Under the pieces are notes generated by a model. It was not told where the DNA came from. It did no database searches and worked only from the letters and a program-made list of their open reading frames with translations. The position numbers were made by a program, and so were the translations under genes. A DNA stretch of 64,000 bases from Cyanobacteria bacterium auto_48_18 (GTDB lineage: Bacteria; Cyanobacteriota; Vampirovibrionia; Obscuribacterales; Obscuribacteraceae): NCBI GenBank assembly GCA_036170915.1, contig JAVHQC010000022.1:351420-415419 (forward strand), written 5' to 3'. Below, piece after piece: positions 9,556 to 18,448 of the stretch. The stretch's first letter is position 1; every line of letters begins with the position of its first letter.

Positions 9556-11265
9556 TTATCGATTGTTCCAGCCGCCTCGGCCGCTTGCGCTGCCGCTTCC
9601 TTGCCAGTTGCCACCATAAGACAAACTAGTTGTAATCATGCTGTTCAGTCTGTCCATGTCGGCCGTAAGGCGCACAACGGTATCAGCAGGCACAACGCCA
9701 TTCGGATTTAAGCTTTGCAGTGAGAAGGAAATAGCATCTAATTCTCTGCGCAGATTTCTGGCCGAACGATGTGAGATTTTTCCACTGGCCACATTGGTGT
9801 CAATTTTGGCTTGCAACTCAGCTTTGCGCGTCGTCAAATCTTGCAGTGGGTTCACAGCGAGACGGTCAATTTTTGTGCTTAGGCGGTCCAGGTCACCAAT
9901 GATGCGCTCAGCTTCTGCGCGCTCGAGGTTTCCACCTGATGCGCGGAAAGCTGCCTCAACTGATGCTATCCAGGTGAGTGAAGAGTTTAGTTTGACTGCA
10001 TCGATGCTTTTGATCGTTCTTCTGGCAACGCCTTCATCGATACGGCGACGCAGAAGCTGTTGTTTGGCATCAATTTCAGGATATTGCACAGCAGTTGTTG
10101 AAACCGGATCTGCTTTTTCTCTTAATTCATCAGCGATGCTTTCTGCGCCTTTTTTCAGAACATCCATTTCATTTGGAGTGAGATTGCCGTCGCTGCGATA
10201 TGAGGCATAAAGTTGCTCAAGTCTGCGGTAGTCAGCTCTCAGGTCATCGGCTTCTACTCTGGTGATGCGGCCGGTCGCTAAAAAGCTGTCAATACTTCTC
10301 AAGGTTTCGTTTTGTTGGTTGTCGAAGTTCCAGTTTCCGCCGCCACCAAAACCGCCGCCGGCAACGTTACCGTTGTTCAGCGCCGCAGAAATTTTCTGAT
10401 TTAGATTTGTCAGGTCTGAGGCTAAAGTGATTGTTTCGTCTAATTGCAAGCCGTTGGCTCTGGCGCTTGCTTCTAGATTGGCTATGCGATCTGATTCAGA
10501 TTTTAATTGTTCGTATTCACGCCGTGTAATTCTGCCAGAAGAAATACCATCTTCTAGCCTTCTTGCTTGAGCACTTTGTTGACCATCAATACCAGGCCAG
10601 GCTTGAACGTCTCTACTATTGTTAGCAATCTCGCGTTTTATAGCGTCAAGGGCCTGATTTAAGTTGTTGCCTTCTTCAGCAGAAATCACGCCGTCATTAT
10701 TTTTGAATTGATTCTTGTCATTCCAGGCCCGGTCATATTGATTCTTCAAAGCACGAGCTTCGTTGATTGTTAGACGACCATTAGATAGATTGCGAGTGAT
10801 ACGTTGTTTGATATCAGCAAACGAACTTTCTATATTGTCAACATTGGTTGTGATACTGGCGTTAAGTGTGCCACCATTATTAGTACCGGAGGCACCAATT
10901 AGTCTAACGAGATTACTCTCTACATTGTTTAATTCAGCATTTAGCGATGCGGTTTCTATTGGGCCAAGTTGACCTCTAGAGCGATAACTAATCTCCATAG
11001 CTCTGACGCGATCAAGTTGAACTTTTAAATTTTGACTATCAGCTGGGCTCAGTCGATTGGCATTAATCGAGTCGATAATTCTGTTTGTAATCTGCGTTTC
11101 GCGCTGAGTGAATGGGTCAGACGCGCTCACTCCTGGAGCTGGTAGCAGTAAACTTCTAAACATATCGGTCCATTGATTTGACCAGGCAGGTTGAGGGGTA
11201 GCAAGAGCTGCTAAGCAGCAAGCTGTTAGTAAGGTTGGTCGTACTAATGATTTTTTAGCGAGCAT
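9556..11265 (-). CDS. secreted protein with six ~68-aa helical repeats, unknown function
   Basis: Signal peptide; repeated I..G..sG+I/Lt..Ea..L....dri...E....r.dG.L...E...L...Ld.l...I units. Confidence 0.85.
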   Translation of the reverse strand: MLAKKSLVRPTLLTACCLAALATPQPAWSNQWTDMFRSLLLPAPGVSASDPFTQRETQITNRIIDSINANRLSPADSQNLKVQLDRVRAMEISYRSRGQLGPIETASLNAELNNVESNLVRLIGASGTNNGGTLNASITTNVDNIESSFADIKQRITRNLSNGRLTINEARALKNQYDRAWNDKNQFKNNDGVISAEEGNNLNQALDAIKREIANNSRDVQAWPGIDGQQSAQARRLEDGISSGRITRREYEQLKSESDRIANLEASARANGLQLDETITLASDLTNLNQKISAALNNGNVAGGGFGGGGNWNFDNQQNETLRSIDSFLATGRITRVEADDLRADYRRLEQLYASYRSDGNLTPNEMDVLKKGAESIADELREKADPVSTTAVQYPEIDAKQQLLRRRIDEGVARRTIKSIDAVKLNSSLTWIASVEAAFRASGGNLERAEAERIIGDLDRLSTKIDRLAVNPLQDLTTRKAELQAKIDTNVASGKISHRSARNLRRELDAISFSLQSLNPNGVVPADTVVRLTADMDRLNSMITTSLSYGGNWQGSGSASGRGGWNNR

Positions 11266-11300
11266 TTTTTTAAATCTCCGAATCTGCCATTAAGTTTTGA

Positions 11301-11327
11301 AGACGCACCGATTTGTAGTCAGGTTCC
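11301..11327 (-). promoter_or_regulatory. candidate ECF-sigma promoter GGAAC-N17-CGTCT
   Basis: Minus strand GGAAC (11327-11323), 17-nt spacer, CGTCT (11305-11301); 35 nt upstream of the ATG at 11265. Confidence 0.6.
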
Positions 11328-11459
11328 CGAATCAGGTTTCGACAGTCGCACAAGTTTACCCCAAATATTCTGCCTACCCGGCAAACCAGAGCCCTATCTA
11401 ATTAGTTAATTGAAGCAGCCGTGCTTGCAAAGCAGTCGGCACTACCCATGGTGACTGGC

Positions 11460-12359
11460 TTAATCGATTGCTCGCATGCCAGTTCTCAAATTCAATTGTA
11501 AAACTGAATCTTTGTTCAATGGCTTTGATAGTTGAAAAATTAGTTCACAGTGATCACCTTGACTAGATGATTCAACCACAAAACCCTGCATTTCTTCAGT
11601 TGTGGCACAGTAGATTGAAACCCGCCCTTCATGCACATTGTAGGGCCCTGTGAGCGTCACCTTGATTTTGTCTGCGCCAAGTTTTTCAATGGCACAATCT
11701 AAATTGAGATTTTGCAATTGAGCGTCAACCAGTTTTTCAGGCGACTGCAATAAATTGAATTGCAACTGGACAAACTGGTCTTCGATCAGTACATAAAAAT
11801 CGGTCACCAAGGCAGCTACGGCGCCGCTTTTAGTCAGCCCCCAAAAGTCGCTGTAGCCGCCGTCACCAAAAGCTGAAGCAAATACAACCATATTGGCTTT
11901 GGTTTTTTTGTTCAGCTCGGCTACGGCAAAGTCGCTCCGGCTGCCCTCCAGCTGCTCGGCAATTTGTTCTTCAAAAATAGCTTCGCGTTCGTCTTCACTC
12001 ATTTTGCAAATTGCATCAAGGTCAGCAAAACAGCTCAGCCCACTGTCAACTGAATGTGCCGGAACGCTGTCATCATCGAAGTCGGCAGGTTCACCTGGCC
12101 GCAGGGCAATTTTCCAGGATACGACGGGGTCATCTAGAAAACGCACCATGGCAGCGCATACGAAATCTTCGCTATCGAGCTCAGGATCTGGTTGCAGTAT
12201 TGACAAGAGAACAGGATATTGACCTGGTTTTACTTTGCTGGTGAAGCCTTGATCTTTCCCTACATAACTGAGGCTACAAGGATCATGAGCCAAAAGTTTT
12301 CCACTGGGCGTGTTTAAAACTCCGGCTTGTACCACTGACACAGTAAAGCCTTCGCCCAA
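11460..12359 (-). CDS. DUF4241 domain protein
   Basis: PSGKLLAHDP, VKPGQYPV, HSVDSGLSCFAD, SAFGDGGYSDFWG, LVTDF. Confidence 0.8.
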   Translation of the reverse strand: MGEGFTVSVVQAGVLNTPSGKLLAHDPCSLSYVGKDQGFTSKVKPGQYPVLLSILQPDPELDSEDFVCAAMVRFLDDPVVSWKIALRPGEPADFDDDSVPAHSVDSGLSCFADLDAICKMSEDEREAIFEEQIAEQLEGSRSDFAVAELNKKTKANMVVFASAFGDGGYSDFWGLTKSGAVAALVTDFYVLIEDQFVQLQFNLLQSPEKLVDAQLQNLNLDCAIEKLGADKIKVTLTGPYNVHEGRVSIYCATTEEMQGFVVESSSQGDHCELIFQLSKPLNKDSVLQLNLRTGMRAID

Positions 12360-12436
12360 CCTGGTGAAGCGGCGCCCATGTTTAAATGCTTCTACGAAAT
12401 TCGTATGGACAACGATTGGCTAATACCCGCGATTAA

Positions 12437-13798
12437 TTAGACGAGCGGATTATAACTTAAGTGCACCGTATCAAAATATTGATAGGGGTAGCGTGAGACC
12501 ACTTGTCTGCTGGCCAGATCGTAAACCACCATGCCCCGGTGTGCCGCTACGAATCCTACGCATGATGTGCCTGGTATGTCGGCTACTCCGCGCAATTCGG
12601 CTATGCCGATGTCCGCCGCGTTAAGGACCTCAGCTTGATCTTTGCCCGGCTGATGAAGAATGGCGGTATCAGAATGATAGTAAATGCCGATGGCAGTGTT
12701 GGTCTTTTCGTTGTAGCCCACTGACTGGCTGCGCAGTTGATTGGCTTCGCTGGTGAGCATCACTTTGCGATCGCCGGTTTGAGTATTTACTCTCACAAAA
12801 GGCAAAGGCAAAGGTATTTTCAATTCTTGTGCGGCCTCATAAGGAATAGCAAATTCTCTTTTGTGACCGAGAACTTTTTCTAATTCCATATCGGCTTGAA
12901 TTAAGGCGTTGTCGTGGGCTTCGGCCACACTTTCAATGCTGCCGCCGTTGGCCGACTTTTTCGCCCGCCTTTTGCTTGAGCCTTCGATGTACTGGGTCAT
13001 GACGAAATATGCGTCTTTGTCTTTGGTGACATTCATGTGTGTAACCATGGCACCAAATTCAGGTTGTAGATAATGCCTTTTCACTTTCATGGTTTTGGCA
13101 TCGTAGACGGTTAGCTTGGTTTCAACAGTATTGTGCGTATAAGGTGGCTTGCGCACAAAAATGTCGCCATAGTGAGTGGCAATCAGCTCGTCGGTGCCTG
13201 GAATGATGTGAATTTCGTGGGGGTGTAAGCCACCACTGTCGATGCGATCAAGTAATTTGAGCGTTTTCAAATCGTAGATTTCATACTGCCCATGATCATC
13301 TACAGTTTTTGGATCTTCATAGCGCATGCAAAGAACAAACACACCGCGGTCAGGCAAGACAAGGCCGTGTCCGCCGTAAACATAATCGTTAGGTGAGCGC
13401 AAAGTGGCGAGTTCTTTGTGATTACCATCCACCACAATGCTTTTGCCTTTATGGTGAGCAACACACACGATCCTTCCATCACCCACTGCTAGAGCGCTGT
13501 GACCGGCACCCATTGGTAAGGGCGTTTGAATCATCTTGCCGCTGCCCATGTCTACAGCTGTGAGCACTGAAACCTGATTGCGATGTTTGCCCGAATAACC
13601 AGGATAAAGATGTCCGTCGGTACCGAAGGCTAAAAGCTGGCCGCTTAGTTTGCCTGAAGAAGCGGTGAGTTCTTGTTGCCCAGCCTGCGACTGCGAATTT
13701 GAAAGGGTGTTGTCACTGTTCTTGGCGCAACTGCCAAGCAATAGAGACGTGAGAGCAATGCCTGCTCCACCTAGAAAATTGCGGCGGTTAGTGTCCAT
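12437..13798 (-). CDS. Tat-exported lipoprotein, DUF1513-like beta-propeller
   Basis: RRNFL twin-arginine signal, lipobox-like LGSC; YGGHG and GGLHPHEI His motifs. Confidence 0.65.
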   Translation of the reverse strand: MDTNRRNFLGGAGIALTSLLLGSCAKNSDNTLSNSQSQAGQQELTASSGKLSGQLLAFGTDGHLYPGYSGKHRNQVSVLTAVDMGSGKMIQTPLPMGAGHSALAVGDGRIVCVAHHKGKSIVVDGNHKELATLRSPNDYVYGGHGLVLPDRGVFVLCMRYEDPKTVDDHGQYEIYDLKTLKLLDRIDSGGLHPHEIHIIPGTDELIATHYGDIFVRKPPYTHNTVETKLTVYDAKTMKVKRHYLQPEFGAMVTHMNVTKDKDAYFVMTQYIEGSSKRRAKKSANGGSIESVAEAHDNALIQADMELEKVLGHKREFAIPYEAAQELKIPLPLPFVRVNTQTGDRKVMLTSEANQLRSQSVGYNEKTNTAIGIYYHSDTAILHQPGKDQAEVLNAADIGIAELRGVADIPGTSCVGFVAAHRGMVVYDLASRQVVSRYPYQYFDTVHLSYNPLV

Positions 13799-13887
13799 AA
13801 TTGTTGTTGCATCTCACAGTCGCCCGACGCAGCCCTAAACTAAAGTAATAATAACATTTCTTTTTTCTGCTACTGCCGTGGCTAAGC

Positions 13888-14817
13888 TCAATTTACCCGC
13901 AGGCCAGCAAGTTTATGCAGGGAGCCCTGTTTGGTTCCGCGGCGCTCAAGTTCGCTCTCGATTTTTTTCATAATGCGCTCTTTTTCGAAGCACCATTCGG
14001 GGGCAATGATCTCGTCTCTTGACCCTTCGGCCACGAGGCGCATCACCACTGTTTCTTCAGGAATCAGCTCGAGAGCGTCCGCCACCAGGCGCACATATTG
14101 ATCTTCTTCAAGCAGGGGCAGTCGGCCAGCTAGATAGTCTTGCTCCATGGGGGTGCCTTTGTAGATGCAAAGCTGGTGGATCTTTATGGCGTCAAGTTTG
14201 AGATCGGCCACAGCTCTCACTGTCGCCATCATGTCTGCCTCTGATTCGCCTGGCAAACCGAAAATCAAGTGGGTAGCCAGCCTGAAGTTGCGCTTCTGGC
14301 AGCGAGTAACAGCATCAAAAAATTCTTCTGCCGTGTGACCACGATTAATGGCCTCTAGCGTGCGGTTGTGGATGGTTTGCACTCCCACTTCTAAAAACAA
14401 AAAGGTGCGCTTGTGATAGACCTCGAGCAAGTCAAGAATATTTTCGTCCAGACAATCTGGCCGAGTGCCAATGCAAAGGCCAACCACGTCAGGATGGTCA
14501 AGACCAACGTCGTAAAGTTCTTTGAGCACGCCTTCGGGGGCGTAGGTGTTGGTGAAAGCCTGGAAATAAGCGAGGAATTTATGGGCTTTAAAACGGGCAC
14601 GAATGCGAGCAATGCCGCTTTCAAGCTGGTTTTTGATGGAGAGCGCTGTTTTAATTGTCGGAGCGCCTGAGCCTCGCTCGTCGCAGAACGTACATCCGCC
14701 AAAGACCTTGGTGCCGTCGCGATTTGGGCAAGTAAAGCCGGCGTCAAGCGGCACGCGGTAGACGCGTTCGCCAAAATGCTGGCGCAGGTAGCTGTTAAAG
14801 GTGCGGTAATAACTCAT
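13888..14817 (-). CDS. TIGR01212 (YhcC-like) radical SAM protein
   Basis: GFTCPNRDG..GGCTFC, YFQAFTNTY, IGTRPDC, INRGH, IKIHQL. Confidence 0.95.
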   Translation of the reverse strand: MSYYRTFNSYLRQHFGERVYRVPLDAGFTCPNRDGTKVFGGCTFCDERGSGAPTIKTALSIKNQLESGIARIRARFKAHKFLAYFQAFTNTYAPEGVLKELYDVGLDHPDVVGLCIGTRPDCLDENILDLLEVYHKRTFLFLEVGVQTIHNRTLEAINRGHTAEEFFDAVTRCQKRNFRLATHLIFGLPGESEADMMATVRAVADLKLDAIKIHQLCIYKGTPMEQDYLAGRLPLLEEDQYVRLVADALELIPEETVVMRLVAEGSRDEIIAPEWCFEKERIMKKIESELERRGTKQGSLHKLAGLRVN

Positions 14818-14929
14818 GTTACGTTAGCTTGCTTTGGCGCAATGCCAGACACCGAGCCGGCCTCAATCTCTTAAGGCGATTTCAATGGTACTACGATTGC
14901 CGCTATTCGTATGTTTCGAGTCAAGCTTG

Positions 14930-14959
14930 TTGACACTATTGTTTGCCGTTTGTTATTCT
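14930..14959 (+). promoter_or_regulatory. sigma70-type promoter of tRNA-Glu
   Basis: TTGACA-N18-TATTCT with TGn extension, 23 nt before the tRNA. Confidence 0.65.
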
Positions 14960-14982
14960 ACGACCTGCTTAGCGCACAAGAC

Positions 14983-15055
14983 GCCCCCATCGTCTAGAGG
15001 CCTAGGACACCTCCCTTTCACGGAGGCGACGGGGATTCGAATTCCCCTGGGGGTA
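14983..15055 (+). tRNA. tRNA-Glu (UUC), CCA not encoded
   Basis: GCCCCCATCGTCTAGAGGCCTAGGACACCTCCCTTTCACGGAGGCGACGGGGATTCGAATTCCCCTGGGGGTA folds as a cloverleaf with anticodon TTC. Confidence 0.98.
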
Positions 15056-15153
15056 ATTTTTCTTCTTAAATTCGCCATTTTGGCTTAAACTGTCCTTTAT
15101 GCTTAACTCATTGAGAGCGGCTAAAGGATTTTTTTTGTAATCAAGAGGAATAA

Positions 15154-16389
15154 GTGAAAGCCGGCACAAAATCGTCACATCGTCTGGGTGAGCTTTTGCA
15201 AGAAGCTGGAGTGCTCTCAGCTGAAGAGTTGAAGCACGCGGTGCAACTGAACGGTGAAACCGGTCTGCCGCTGGGCCGGGTGCTGGTGATGTGTGGCTAT
15301 ATTGGCGAAAAAGATCTGGAAGCTGCGGTCTGGGCGCAGTCTCTGGTAAAAGATTGCGCCATCACTTTAGAGAAAGCGCGCGAGGCATTGAAGCTTTATA
15401 AGGCTGAAGGAAACGAGTTTGAGGCCTGTCTGGCCTCAATTGGTTTTGTTAAAGAGTCGCGCCTGCCCACAGCTAGACTGGGTGAGCTTTTAGTTGAAGC
15501 CGATATTATCGGCAAACCACAATTAAAAGATGCGCTTAAGACCAGTCAGGAGACCGGACTACCCCTGGGTCGCATTTTAGTTTTAACCGGGGCGATTTCA
15601 GAAGAAATGCTTTCTGCCGCTCTCACTGCGCAAGTGCTGGTGCGGGACGGCAAGATTTCACGGCCGCAATCATTGCAGGCTCTTAAATCGAGTCGCTTCC
15701 GCCGAGTCAATATTGAAGTTTCGCTTATGGATCTGGGCTTTTATCGTCCACCGCCCCGGCAGCGGGTCAAGCTTGGCGAGCTTTTGGTTTTGTCTGGTCT
15801 TGTAAACGAACCAGATTTGATGACCGCCCTCGAGATGGGATTAATTCGCGAAGTGCCCGTGGGCCAGATGCTGGTAGAAGGCGGTTTTATCAGCAAGCGC
15901 ATTCTTGACACGGCCTTGAAGCTGCAAGAGATAGTCGCCAGTCACTCATTGAGCGCGCTTAAAGCGGCGGAGGCTTTGCGTCATGTGTCCGAGCGTCAAA
16001 TTACACTGGCGCGCGCCATTTCAGAACTAGATTTGAGCGGTACCGAGGTTAAAGAACGCATCAGATTGGGCGAAATGCTCAAAGCTGCCGGCATCGTCAA
16101 CGATAACGATATTCGCAAAGCATTACGCGACGCCCGGCGCAATTCGGCCTTACTCGGCAAAATTTTGCTGGTTACCGGTGCTATTGACGAGCCGACATTG
16201 CACGCAACTTTGAGGGCACTGATGCTGGTGCGCGATGAAAAAATCACAATGGAACAGGCGATCATCGCCATTAACCACGCGCGTAAGCATCAACTGACTC
16301 TAGATGAAGCATTAGCTGAGCTGAAGTGGACTGCTGTGGTCAATGACCATGATGATGAAGATAGCGGTGCCATTGGTCTAGACGACTGA
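15154..16389 (+). CDS. protein of four tandem MshEN-like (c-di-GMP-binding) modules
   Basis: RLGELL...LGRVLV, RLGELL...LGRILV, KLGELL...VGQMLV, RLGEML...LGKILL at ~100-aa period. Confidence 0.85.
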   Translation: MKAGTKSSHRLGELLQEAGVLSAEELKHAVQLNGETGLPLGRVLVMCGYIGEKDLEAAVWAQSLVKDCAITLEKAREALKLYKAEGNEFEACLASIGFVKESRLPTARLGELLVEADIIGKPQLKDALKTSQETGLPLGRILVLTGAISEEMLSAALTAQVLVRDGKISRPQSLQALKSSRFRRVNIEVSLMDLGFYRPPPRQRVKLGELLVLSGLVNEPDLMTALEMGLIREVPVGQMLVEGGFISKRILDTALKLQEIVASHSLSALKAAEALRHVSERQITLARAISELDLSGTEVKERIRLGEMLKAAGIVNDNDIRKALRDARRNSALLGKILLVTGAIDEPTLHATLRALMLVRDEKITMEQAIIAINHARKHQLTLDEALAELKWTAVVNDHDDEDSGAIGLDD

Positions 16390-16391
16390 CG

Positions 16392-16429
16392 AATTTACAG
16401 AGAATTTTTCGAAAATTTCTCTGCGAATT
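16392..16429. repeat. imperfect palindrome between convergent genes, related to the palindrome at 62838
   Basis: AATTTACAGAGAATTTTT-CG-AAAATTTCTCTGCGAATT. Confidence 0.7.
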
Positions 16430-17096
16430 AGCCGAGCACTACTGACCAGAGCAGTATCACTACCATCAGGTCAAAAACAAAACCATGCCATAAGGTCGGC
16501 AGCACCAGCGAGTCGGTTTTTCGGTACATCCACGATAAATAAATTCCTACCGAAAATACGGTTATGAATCCGATATAGAGAAATAGTGGTGTCACAAAAA
16601 GACGCACTACCATCACATGCCAGGCGGCGAAAAGAAAATTGGTCCAGAGCACCGGCAGGCTGAAAATTTTTGTTTCTCGACTGCTTAATTCATTGAGCAC
16701 CACTCCCCGCCAGAATAACTCTTCAATCAGCGGATTGATGGTGACAAAATAGATGCTCATAGGAATAAGCCAATCAGGCCGAAAACCACGAAAATTAAGA
16801 CTGGCCAGGGCCCTTGTTTTATTAAAAATATGCGTGCCAACAAGGTGATAGGCATAGTAGGTATAGGCACCAAATAGTAGGGCCGCCACAAACAAAATTA
16901 TCAATTGCCGAGCTGTGGGTCGACTTAAGTGTGTGCTCCAGTGGTGCCTTTTCCAGATAATGGCAGGAAGGGCACAGCAGCCGTGATAGAGGAAAAAGGT
17001 CCAGAGGATGCTGTGAAAATAATGCAGACCAAGCAACATGCAAAACCAGGGCACAAGAGACCAGGCTACGATAATCAGTTTGTTGGTGGAAATCAT
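16428..17096 (-). CDS. CPBP (CAAX/Abi) family intramembrane metalloprotease
   Basis: EELFWRG, FAAWH, LWHGFVFD; multiple TM helices. Confidence 0.9.
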   Translation of the reverse strand: MISTNKLIIVAWSLVPWFCMLLGLHYFHSILWTFFLYHGCCALPAIIWKRHHWSTHLSRPTARQLIILFVAALLFGAYTYYAYHLVGTHIFNKTRALASLNFRGFRPDWLIPMSIYFVTINPLIEELFWRGVVLNELSSRETKIFSLPVLWTNFLFAAWHVMVVRLFVTPLFLYIGFITVFSVGIYLSWMYRKTDSLVLPTLWHGFVFDLMVVILLWSVVLG

Positions 17097-17341
17097 TTGT
17101 TAATGGTACTACAGATGGTGCGCCGTCAGCCTTTTTAACTGCTTGGTTTTGACTGAAGTTCCAATAGCCATTTTGCGCTTTTTAATTTTTGCCTGTTCAC
17201 ATTGACCGTTTCAGGGCTCAAAAGGAGATTAAATTCGCATTTTGAGCAGTCTATTGCCCACAAAACGCCATTGAGTATTGATAGATTGGGTATGTCATTA
17301 AAGGATGTCAGTTGCTGACCTGATGCTGGCGAGGCGTGTAA

Positions 17342-18445
17342 ATGGCTAAGCGAATGAGAACAAGAAACCAGGCGGGCGGACAGATGTCTGAAATGCCAGT
17401 GGCTCTGTTCATTCTTTTCTTCTTCTTTCTGTTTCCCTTAATAAACATGGTGTTCATCGGCATGGCCGCCGTCACCATTTATTTTGCCACAGTGACAAAT
17501 GTTACCCGGGCGGCCAAGCAACCTGACTTTACAACGTCGCTTTCTGCTTTCTTTGACGAAGCCAGTCTGCTGAACGGGTCGGGCATGATTCAGTTTCTTA
17601 AAATGACGCCATATGCTGGCTACAAGGGTTGCGGCTCTGATTTGTTCATTACCGCCACTGACACCGGCACGGGCACGGCTGCTACTTTCGGGCCGAATAC
17701 TGGGGTCACGGGGCCGGTTGATCCTAATGCAAGGCTTTACGAGTACAGAGGCGTGACCGCCTATGATGTGCAGCCTTTCATCAACCTTGGCGCCGTTCCG
17801 TTTTTAACTGGAGTGCCTGGAATTGGCGCTCCGTTTCGTCTTTCTTTTTCGGCTCACTCTGCCGCTGAACATCCCACGGGTTTGGCTACTGCCAACAATC
17901 CCACCTTGCTGAGCGGCGGCACTCCTGGTATCAGCCTTGATAATCCTCCTGGTCTTGACCCTGCTTCTGTTGCTGTTTCAAGCGGTGGAACCACCTGGCT
18001 CACCCCTGATGTTTTCCAGACCATCGACAATTCGGGAGCCACTATCAACGACCAAACTGTGCTTTCTGTTGCTGCTCGCGAACCAGACTGGACTCATACG
18101 TCAGTACAGGTGTCAGACGGCGATAAAATCTACATCGATTACAAAGCCGATGGTTCCTGGCAAAATGGTGTTGGCAGCCTCGTCCCCAGCAACGCTGACG
18201 GGGCTAATTCAAAAGCCTATGATGATTCAATTGAAAAACAGGGCTATATGATTGGCAAACTTGGCAGTACAGAATTTTTGATGGGCAAGTCTCAGCAAAT
18301 GGTTCTGGCTCCATCTGGTCAAAGCGGCGAACTGTTGATTGCCAATTTTATGAAAGGCGGCCCAAGCTCCAAAGACACTAAAGTGAGAAAAGCGTACAAG
18401 AATAACAAGGGCACCATGGACGTTCGTATTATCGTGGTGCGTTAA
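17342..18445 (+). CDS. TadE-like pseudopilin with C-terminal PA-IL/LecA-like beta domain
   Basis: Class III signal RNQAG|GQMSE (Glu at +5) plus hydrophobic helix; C-terminus W..T.V.V..GD.I...A.GSW, MIGKLG..EF.MG, GELLI, NNKGTMDVRI. Confidence 0.65.
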   Translation: MAKRMRTRNQAGGQMSEMPVALFILFFFFLFPLINMVFIGMAAVTIYFATVTNVTRAAKQPDFTTSLSAFFDEASLLNGSGMIQFLKMTPYAGYKGCGSDLFITATDTGTGTAATFGPNTGVTGPVDPNARLYEYRGVTAYDVQPFINLGAVPFLTGVPGIGAPFRLSFSAHSAAEHPTGLATANNPTLLSGGTPGISLDNPPGLDPASVAVSSGGTTWLTPDVFQTIDNSGATINDQTVLSVAAREPDWTHTSVQVSDGDKIYIDYKADGSWQNGVGSLVPSNADGANSKAYDDSIEKQGYMIGKLGSTEFLMGKSQQMVLAPSGQSGELLIANFMKGGPSSKDTKVRKAYKNNKGTMDVRIIVVR

Positions 18446-18448
18446 ACA

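Noticed and set aside
11380..11460. GGCAAACC...GCAAAGC resembling a c-di-GMP-I riboswitch
   Set aside because: Wrong strand for both flanking genes; no P2 GNRA stem or P1 closure could be built
16428..17096. CPBP/Abi protease as phage defence or prepilin peptidase
   Set aside because: A common housekeeping-type family, unrelated to A24 prepilin peptidases; adjacency alone is insufficient
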